From a virus, in IMG/VR virus record IMGVR_UViG_3300028569_001145, positions 1 through 64,000 of that record: a stretch of 64,000 nt of DNA, one strand, 5' to 3'. The translations under genes were made by a program, and so were the position numbers. Positions 57,501 through 64,000 of this stretch are shown one piece after another. Each line of letters starts with the position of its first letter. The stretch's first letter is position 1. The notes under the pieces are model-generated. The model did not search any database, had not been told where the DNA came from, and worked only from the letters and a program-made list of their open reading frames with translations.

Positions 57501-59007
57501 TGGTGCTATCGTTAAACAGCATTTACTAGAAAGAAACCGCCAAAGATCTGCTCAAATTACCTACTCAGAACCTTATTATACAGCATCAGTTACTTCGCTA
57601 CCTAGAGACTATGAGACTGGATCTATCGGAGTATTTGATGGAGGGTCTGGAGGATCAGTTAATCAGTGGGTAAACATAAGCCAATCATACACAGCATCAG
57701 TTTTAGGTTTAGCAGGACTGGTAACCTTTATTGAATCCTCCGAGTATGAATTTTATAACGGGCAATATTCAGGATCAAATATTGAGTGTCAATTATCGCA
57801 TTCTATCAACACTACACCGTTGTTAAATAATGTAAGTTCAAGCAGACTTTCAACCGTTTACGAAGATGTTGATTACAATTCAGATGCTTTAAACCCAACT
57901 AACCTACCATTCATACAATCAGGTTCTGCATTCAAAGCAGCTGTACAAGATTCAAATTATGCTTCCGGCAGTGTTTGGAATATACCAAGATATGAAGGAT
58001 CAGAAAATACCGGACAGTACAACTACACTATTAATTTCCCGAGCACATCTATTGCACCAGGCTATCCAATAGATGACTTTTCAGAATACATTGCATACTT
58101 TGATTGGGTTGGAGGATCAGATCCACAGTACCCAGGTGGTGGTAATGTTCACATTATAAGTTTAATTAAAACCGACGGAACAGTAATTGGATTAGATACT
58201 GCAAACAAGAATTTAGATATTGTCGAGAAAATATTCAAAGCAGGTACGTCTCCTACAATATACATACAAACTTATAGTTCAATTGAACCCACTACACCAA
58301 CCACAGTAGTAGAAGGAGGGGCCTTGTACCAAACAATTATGTTCGGTACCGGGAGTGATATTAGAGGTATTTCTGTAGAAAGTAACGGTAACAATAATGC
58401 AGTAAACGTTTTATTTACAACCAGTAGTATAAATACCCTAGTTGATAGTGCATCTATTGCAGGAGGGGATAATGGACTATACGCTCTGCAAACAGGTACA
58501 GCAAGTGTTGGTATCATAGATTTAATAGGAAGTATTTCCGACGGAGTAGGTATCTACAACAACACTCTAGGTAGTATAGCAGGGCAGAACGGAACTAGTT
58601 TATATTTCCCATACAGGGATTCTTTATTTCCTTTAAAGTATGGAGATTTTATTAGATTCGGTACAACAGGCTCATACAGTCAGAATAATATCTACGCACT
58701 CGATGGTACTTTCCAAGCTAGCGGCTTACTCCAAATAAAGCAGATAAATTTAGGACCATCTCCAGTAAGTACTTCAAGCATAGAAGTAACTCCTGTAATC
58801 ACTGGACATATAACAGGGTCTTTACAAACACCGTTCAACGGAAGTTACGTAAACCAGAACTACCGTATCTTTAGAAGAATACCTAATGAAACTTTTATAT
58901 TAATTCAGAATAAACCGGTAAACCCGGGAGCCGGTGTAATAGTACCACATAATTTTAACCCTAATTACGATCCAATACAATTGGCAAGACAAGTTGGTTT
59001 AATTTAA
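54544..59007 (+). CDS. Large baseplate/tail structural protein (1487 aa) with a LamG-like region
   Basis: K.KGT..G baseplate-type motif; FSGSLQEIRYY LamG-like motif; S/T/N-rich. Confidence 0.75.
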   Translation: MDKTVYIENIPSIELGGQTYQSSDTALISSFDTENAFDSTVNYIEYHIYNGNKFLIDTIENLDSYRIYNNQVYIDPEQDLESRVFQPGQYYSVYNFLTPVLSSSFQETFYISEISTDRTELRLASTDILGGDIIDSTEALKTLIDSSPYYQDFYLNFGNNNLVIANNILLDDSDPENITVLIKLYEPLADSFQLNSQCWAVQKIAESLAYLFNVQMSFDSVDELIRIKGPNTNILALESGNKSTEIVASSDLLYTTEDSLKNQLQSYLQEAGSDLNIDYSEYTNFVFFSKAETRLENFYYKLGLIEEYAYSASLYTDTTNFYNSGSSTYWESKLKEVITNFDGYEYYLYFESGSTTWPKSNSTPPYTNYPTTSSQAVAWLNTQLATASIYDTENKDSLINSVPLYIRENSDNLNYLLFVEMAGQHFDDIWLYIQAVTEKYNNINGVNKGLSKDLVGIALRDFGIKLYQNNFTSDNLYSTYLGITPSGSLLPYTGQELINTYVTASATGSLIPVNDLSSEIHKRLYHNLPLLVKKKGTAAGLRILANIYGVPASILRINEFGGKDKNTNTWDYWQNTFDYSFNTQGINYLTSSFAVNTAWGAINNVPSAVEFKFKTTGLPAASNYSQSLWATDKNVGLRLKYTGTGLTSGSYSGSIVDPYFEYGYLEFFPDITDLNSSASIYLPFFDGGWWSVLVNKNSNSDYTLYVGNSLYSGNDGNTLGFTSNSTVNKLGNWSGSAVSYFGTSSLNASTFSGSLQEIRYYKNALSQSVFNDFIMNGSSIEGNGINSAPDQLIFRASLGGELYTSSISIHPKISGEWVTTSSFASDSTFYFNTTPVFTANNLISFYDQPVTGIKNPVSDKINIQGKTVYGNVLSTLTTLQQSYPASSSFTRDVNYLEVGYSPQNEINEDITDSIGYFNIGDYIGDPRQFSSSTLSYPELDSLRDSYFEKYNKSYDYQDYFRLIKFYDNSLFKLIKDFIPARTAAATGAIVKQHLLERNRQRSAQITYSEPYYTASVTSLPRDYETGSIGVFDGGSGGSVNQWVNISQSYTASVLGLAGLVTFIESSEYEFYNGQYSGSNIECQLSHSINTTPLLNNVSSSRLSTVYEDVDYNSDALNPTNLPFIQSGSAFKAAVQDSNYASGSVWNIPRYEGSENTGQYNYTINFPSTSIAPGYPIDDFSEYIAYFDWVGGSDPQYPGGGNVHIISLIKTDGTVIGLDTANKNLDIVEKIFKAGTSPTIYIQTYSSIEPTTPTTVVEGGALYQTIMFGTGSDIRGISVESNGNNNAVNVLFTTSSINTLVDSASIAGGDNGLYALQTGTASVGIIDLIGSISDGVGIYNNTLGSIAGQNGTSLYFPYRDSLFPLKYGDFIRFGTTGSYSQNNIYALDGTFQASGLLQIKQINLGPSPVSTSSIEVTPVITGHITGSLQTPFNGSYVNQNYRIFRRIPNETFILIQNKPVNPGAGVIVPHNFNPNYDPIQLARQVGLI

Positions 59008-59051
59008 CAAAATAACTATATTTATAACATATAACTAATTAATTAAAAACA

Positions 59052-59708
59052 GTGGGTTACCTTAATAATGCAGCAGTCACAGTTGATGCTATTCTAACTA
59101 AAAAAGGGCGGGAGCTTTTAGCTAGAGGAGACGGTTCTTTTAGAATCACTCAATTTGCTTTATCTGACGATGAAATAGATTATACCTTGTATAATCCTAC
59201 ACAACCTTCAGGATCAGCCTTTTACGGAGAGGCTATCGAAAATATGCCCCTATTAGAAGCATTTCCTGATGAAACTCAGATTATGAAATACAAACTTGTA
59301 ACCTTACCTAGAGGTACTGCTAGAATGCCAGTATTGGATATCGGATATTCTGCAATCACTATTAAACAAGGTGCTAGTTTAGCAATCACCCCTCAGACTT
59401 TAAATTACCTATCTCAGACTTCCTTAATTGAATCCTCAGGTTATACATTTACGATTTCAGATGTGAGATTGTTTAACAGCTTCACAGGAGTAGGTATTAA
59501 CACTCCGGATGTAGTAGCAGCTAATGCAACTACAACTATCGGAACCAATGTATCTAAGACAGTGATTGGAACTACTTTAAATTTAACAGCAACCACAGTT
59601 AATACTTTATTTGGCTCTAATACTAGTTTATCTGCAACCTTGCAGGTGATTGGAAGAGATTCTGGAGCAAGATTACAAATACCAGTAACAGTAACTAAAA
59701 CGACCTAA
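59052..59708 (+). CDS. Virion structural protein
   Basis: DAILT.KGRELLA, FAL.DDEIDY; late promoter at ~59019. Confidence 0.7.
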   Translation: MGYLNNAAVTVDAILTKKGRELLARGDGSFRITQFALSDDEIDYTLYNPTQPSGSAFYGEAIENMPLLEAFPDETQIMKYKLVTLPRGTARMPVLDIGYSAITIKQGASLAITPQTLNYLSQTSLIESSGYTFTISDVRLFNSFTGVGINTPDVVAANATTTIGTNVSKTVIGTTLNLTATTVNTLFGSNTSLSATLQVIGRDSGARLQIPVTVTKTT

Positions 59709-59718
59709 TTTATAACAG

Positions 59719-60708
59719 ATGTCATTTAAAAGATTAGATCCAGAAGATTTTCTAGTAAGTGTTGATTCAATAACAGCAACTGCCTGGTCGACCAACTCAC
59801 CGACCTTAACTCAGTTTTTCACTTCATCAACTACATCTACCAACGATTCTTACTACAAGAACGTATACCAAACAGCATCTGCAAATAGTGCAGCAGCTAT
59901 TCAATTTGCAATAGCTTACGGAAACCTTAACGGATCCGGTAGTGTAAATTACAATGATTTAGTACCGGGTAAAACACCTACTAGAACAGTTTATGGACAG
60001 TACCGTAACTTAATCTACGGAGATGAAAACGCAACATTTAACTTTTCAGGAGTAACTGCTTCAGATTTCTGGGCATTATCTATTGAAAGATCTAGATATA
60101 AACAACATCTGCTAAAAGGTACTTTTAACCTACAATTAAAGAACGGAAGCTCTACTTTGGTATTAACAGATAATTCAGGTATGGTATCAACTGATACCTA
60201 TCTAGATTGTGGTAGAGTATATCAGATTATTTCTGGATCTAACGGAATAGCATATTCAGGAACAGGAAACTCACTATCATCAGGATCTTATGGATTATTT
60301 CTACCAGATATTGCAACAATTATTTTAAACCCGTTAGCATTATCGCAATCAATTAATTTAGAACCTTCTAGATCAAATGACTCTGATGGTTTGAATATTA
60401 GTAGAATGTTCACAGCAATCTCCGGAGCTGCTTCTTTTCAACTAAATAGTGAAGAAACAGTGACCTCGGATTATGTTTATGTACGAGCTAGAAATGCTGA
60501 ATTTAACTACTCAGAGAATCCATCATTCATTTCAGGTTCAACTGGAGATGTACTGTATAGTAATTTTATAAACTCACCACAGACGTATTTAACAACTGTA
60601 GGATTTTACAACGATACTAATGACTTAGTTGCAGTAGCAAAATTATCTAAGCCATTAACTAAAGATTTTACAAAAGAAGCATTAATAAGAGTTAAGCTTG
60701 ACTTCTAA
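59719..60708 (+). CDS. Tail/baseplate structural protein
   Basis: EFNYSENPSF...TTVGFYN...LVAVAKLSKP shared with 60715. Confidence 0.7.
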   Translation: MSFKRLDPEDFLVSVDSITATAWSTNSPTLTQFFTSSTTSTNDSYYKNVYQTASANSAAAIQFAIAYGNLNGSGSVNYNDLVPGKTPTRTVYGQYRNLIYGDENATFNFSGVTASDFWALSIERSRYKQHLLKGTFNLQLKNGSSTLVLTDNSGMVSTDTYLDCGRVYQIISGSNGIAYSGTGNSLSSGSYGLFLPDIATIILNPLALSQSINLEPSRSNDSDGLNISRMFTAISGAASFQLNSEETVTSDYVYVRARNAEFNYSENPSFISGSTGDVLYSNFINSPQTYLTTVGFYNDTNDLVAVAKLSKPLTKDFTKEALIRVKLDF

Positions 60709-60714
60709 GAATGA

Positions 60715-61677
60715 ATGAGTGCATTCAAAAAACTTTTAGCATCTGACGTCATAGTCACTCCCTTTGAGGTAAACAAAGGCTTTACCTTTGTAGGAGCTAG
60801 TCAATTGACAGCATCAGATGCTGGAATCAACAGATTCTTAGGACAAAACATTACCGGATTATTTAACCTTTCAGAAGCTAGTACTGGAGAAACTTATTTA
60901 GAATATAAAAGACTAATTTACAATTCAGCTAAAGAATTATACTACTCTAATACTATAGCAACAGCAAGTCTTGCTTTTACAGTACCGGGTTTAGATTCTA
61001 CAGGTAATGTATTGACCGGACCAGTAAGTTCAGCTGGAAGATACGAAAATTATCTGCAGACTACTTTAACAGTTGAGAGGTACTTTCCGACCGGTTCAAA
61101 CGATATTATAGGAGTAATTTCAATCCCATCTAAACTATATGGAGATAAAATACAACCAGGATCTTTTGTATTTACAGCAGAATCTGGCAGTGTCTCTGAT
61201 GATGGGAATGGAAACTTAATTTTTAGCCTGGATGGAGCTTATGCTGGCAATATTATATACCAACATGGTTTGATTATTTTAACCAAAGATAATGAATCTT
61301 CCGGAGGTTCCCTATACGGAACCGGTGTATACGGAACAGGTATTTATGGAGGAGATGCGAATCCCTTTATAGAAAATTTTATACTCTCTGCAAATGTAAC
61401 CTGCTCATTTTCAAGCTCAATTACACTTTTTGAAACTCAGTACAAATGTACTATCGACACCTCAGAGTTTAACTTTAGCTTAAATCCAAGCCTTATATCA
61501 GGATCAACCGAAGGCACAGTCTACGACTTTGCAACAGGTTCTTACTTTAACCCGTACATTACAACAGTAGGCCTTTATAACGAAAATCAAGACTTAATTG
61601 CTGTAGGTAAATTAGCAAAGCCACTACCCTCTAACAACACAACAGATTTAACAATACTAATTAACATCGATAGATAA
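60715..61677 (+). CDS. Tail/baseplate structural protein (paralogous C-terminus)
   Basis: EFNFSLNPS...TTVGLYN...LIAVGKLAKP. Confidence 0.7.
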   Translation: MSAFKKLLASDVIVTPFEVNKGFTFVGASQLTASDAGINRFLGQNITGLFNLSEASTGETYLEYKRLIYNSAKELYYSNTIATASLAFTVPGLDSTGNVLTGPVSSAGRYENYLQTTLTVERYFPTGSNDIIGVISIPSKLYGDKIQPGSFVFTAESGSVSDDGNGNLIFSLDGAYAGNIIYQHGLIILTKDNESSGGSLYGTGVYGTGIYGGDANPFIENFILSANVTCSFSSSITLFETQYKCTIDTSEFNFSLNPSLISGSTEGTVYDFATGSYFNPYITTVGLYNENQDLIAVGKLAKPLPSNNTTDLTILINIDR

Positions 61678-61678
61678 T

Positions 61679-62119
61679 ATGTGGTTATACGAAGGCAATC
61701 CGGTTACAAGTCTAGAACAGCTTCCGGAAAATGCCCACGGTTTTATTTATGTAATCTATAAAAAAGATACTAGAAAAACCTATGTGGGTAAGAAAAATTT
61801 ATTTAGTATTACTAATAAACCTTTAACTAAGAAGGAATTATTAGAAATAACAGATAAACGTAAATCTAAAAAAAAGCAGGTTATTAAAGAAAGTAACTGG
61901 TTATCATACTGGGGTTCTAATAAAGATCTTTTAACCGATATTAAAACTCTAGGAGAAGATGCTTTTGAAAAGCATATCTTGAAAGTCTGCTTCACTAAAA
62001 AAGAACTAACTTATTATGAAATACACTTTCAATGCGTCCTCAACGTATTACTACAAGACAGCTACAACGACAACATCCTGGGCAAATTTTACAGAAGGGA
62101 CTTGCACCCACCTTATTAA
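61679..62119 (+). CDS. Compact GIY-YIG endonuclease
   Basis: GFIY...YVGKK...ESNW.SYWGS...E...YNDNI. Confidence 0.75.
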   Translation: MWLYEGNPVTSLEQLPENAHGFIYVIYKKDTRKTYVGKKNLFSITNKPLTKKELLEITDKRKSKKKQVIKESNWLSYWGSNKDLLTDIKTLGEDAFEKHILKVCFTKKELTYYEIHFQCVLNVLLQDSYNDNILGKFYRRDLHPPY

Positions 62120-62136
62120 GTTCGTATATTTAGTCG

Positions 62137-63063
62137 ATGGTAAATCATCTACTAGTAAACTTAATGGACAGCCTTCTAGGAAAAGGCAAACCTACATCTG
62201 GGGATAATTACTCATACCACTGTCCTTTCTGCAATCACCATAAACCTAAATTAGAAATAAACCTTAGAGAGAATGAAGAGGGCTTGCATCATTGGCATTG
62301 CTGGGTTTGTAATAAAAAAGGTAAAAAACTAATTTCATTATTTAAAGCCGTTCAAGCACCAGATAATAAAATTGAAGAGTTAAAAGCTTTTGTAAAAATT
62401 TCCTACCATGAGGCAAAAGGAGTAAAAGTAGAAGCAATAACACTACCGAAAGAATTTATACCGCTATACCCAGCAGATAAGAATAATGTTTCAGTTAGAC
62501 AAGCGTTAAGGTACTTAAAGGGTAGAAAAGTAAACGAATTAGACATAAAGAGGTATAATATAGGATACTGTGAAGCTGGACCTTATAGGAATATGATTAT
62601 TATACCATCTTACGATGAGTTTGGGGTTCTTAATTATTTTATAGGTAGAAACTTCGGCCCGGCTGAAATCAAATATAAAAACCCTAAAGTCTCTAAAAAT
62701 ATTATAGCTTTAGAGAATACAATTAATTGGAATTCACCTTTGATAATATGTGAGGGTATGTTTGACGCTATTGCAATCAAAAGGAATGCTATCCCACTAT
62801 TAGGAAAAACCATACCTGAAAAACTTATGAAGAAAATAGTATCCTCAGGTGTTAAACAAATCTTTGTTGCATTAGATACGGATGCTTTAAAACAGGCGTT
62901 TGAGTATTGTATAACCTTTCTAAACCACGGAAAACAGGTCTTCTTTGTTGACTTGCAAGAAAAAGATCCATCCGAACTAGGGTTTGAGGAATTTACAAAA
63001 ACTCTCCATACAGCCGCACCATTAACCTTTAGAGATATCCTGGAAAAAAAATTAGCATTATGA
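62137..63063 (+). CDS. DNA primase (Zn finger plus TOPRIM)
   Basis: CPFC...CWVC; IIPSY; CEGMFDA; ALDTDA; KDPSE. Confidence 0.9.
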   Translation: MVNHLLVNLMDSLLGKGKPTSGDNYSYHCPFCNHHKPKLEINLRENEEGLHHWHCWVCNKKGKKLISLFKAVQAPDNKIEELKAFVKISYHEAKGVKVEAITLPKEFIPLYPADKNNVSVRQALRYLKGRKVNELDIKRYNIGYCEAGPYRNMIIIPSYDEFGVLNYFIGRNFGPAEIKYKNPKVSKNIIALENTINWNSPLIICEGMFDAIAIKRNAIPLLGKTIPEKLMKKIVSSGVKQIFVALDTDALKQAFEYCITFLNHGKQVFFVDLQEKDPSELGFEEFTKTLHTAAPLTFRDILEKKLAL

Positions 63064-63854
63064 TAGAAAAAAATACAAATATCCGTAAAGATAAAAAAAT
63101 AAACCGCATTGTAGAAGCAGATCCTACAGCCAGGCAAATAACCATTCTAGACTCTAGATACTACCAGAGAAAAGAAGGAGTCTTTTACCCGTCGGTAACT
63201 TACGTACTTTCACATTTACCTAAAGATAAATTTTTTGAATCCTGGATGAAAGATGTAGGGCATAATGCTGATATCATTATGAGAAGAGCCGGAGATGAAG
63301 GAACTCAAGTACATAATGCTGTAGAGGCTTACTTAGCAGGAGAAGAGATTACCTGGATTGACGATAACGGAAATGTAAAATATAATTTAGAAGTCTGGAA
63401 AATGATTTTAAAATTTGTTGATTTCTGGGAGACTCATAAACCCGAACTCATTGCTTCTGAAACGCATTTATTTTCTGATGAATTAATGGTAGCAGGAACT
63501 GGGGATCTAGTAGTAAAGCTAAATGATAAACTTTGGTTGTTAGATATTAAAACTTCAAATTCATTACATGAAAGCTATGATTTACAATTATCAGTTTATA
63601 GAAAAGCATGGAATGAATTATTCGATACAGAGATTGAAGAAACAGGTATCCTATGGCTAAAAGCATCTACCAGAGGTCCTGATAAGTCGGGTAAAAAGGT
63701 ACAAGGAGATGGATGGCAATTGAAACCAACCGGAGATAAGTATGAAGAAAACATTACACTTTTCAAGCATTTATTTGAAATTTTTAAAGCAAAAAACCCA
63801 GAATTAAAACCTTATAGCGAGTTACTGCCTACATCGGTCAAGTTAGAGTTATAA
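63060..63854 (+). CDS. PD-(D/E)XK exonuclease
   Basis: YPSVT, GT.VH, AGTGDL, LDIKTS, QLSVY. Confidence 0.88.
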   Translation: MIEKNTNIRKDKKINRIVEADPTARQITILDSRYYQRKEGVFYPSVTYVLSHLPKDKFFESWMKDVGHNADIIMRRAGDEGTQVHNAVEAYLAGEEITWIDDNGNVKYNLEVWKMILKFVDFWETHKPELIASETHLFSDELMVAGTGDLVVKLNDKLWLLDIKTSNSLHESYDLQLSVYRKAWNELFDTEIEETGILWLKASTRGPDKSGKKVQGDGWQLKPTGDKYEENITLFKHLFEIFKAKNPELKPYSELLPTSVKLEL

Positions 63855-63874
63855 CTATTTATATTATATAGTAT

Positions 63875-64000
63875 ATGAACATCGATCAGATAACAGAACA
63901 TTTAATAAAAAACCTACTTCCAGAAAACCTGACCCCCGTCAGAGAAGTAGGAGAAGGAAGTAGTAAAGCCTTCCCAGCTATTAAAGAACATGACGATGTC
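63875..64000 (+). CDS. 5' part of a late gene running off the window
   Basis: CTATTTATA at ~63856, then an open frame to the window end. Confidence 0.5.
   Translation, partial: MNIDQITEHLIKNLLPENLTPVREVGEGSSKAFPAIKEHDDV

Overview
This is a 64-kb segment of a large, AT-rich, tailed dsDNA phage genome, with essentially all genes on the + strand. The baseplate-type genes point to a myovirus. The TTG...TAnnTTTA promoters and lack of Shine-Dalgarno motifs suggest a Bacteroidetes host. Gene order: (1) nucleotide metabolism, family-A DNA polymerase and GroES/GroEL (1-9.7 kb); (2) a ~15-kb glycosyltransferase/methyltransferase island (9.7-24.7 kb); (3) a 7-deazaguanine DNA-modification cluster: folE, a dpdA-like TGT, a formyltransferase split by a T10 tract, a kinase and queF (28-33.4 kb); (4) an early region of short promoter-driven cassettes, with an ECF sigma factor and a repeat-rich, G-rich non-coding block (33.8-40.6 kb); (5) a tRNA/ncRNA cluster (40.7-43.9 kb); (6) a second sigma-like gene, baseplate/tail genes, primase and exonuclease (44-64 kb). 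Strongest unexplained observations: (a) seven tRNA-like RNAs with near-identical acceptor/D/T arms but unrelated inserts in place of the anticodon arm, separated by pseudoknotted spacers; (b) free-standing homing endonucleases preceded, just upstream of their late promoter, by a short variant copy of a conserved motif of a neighbouring gene; (c) a homopolymer frameshift in the dpdN-like formyltransferase that could switch the DNA modification; (d) apparent strong CCGG enrichment. All calls come from motif recognition by eye; no database searches were run.
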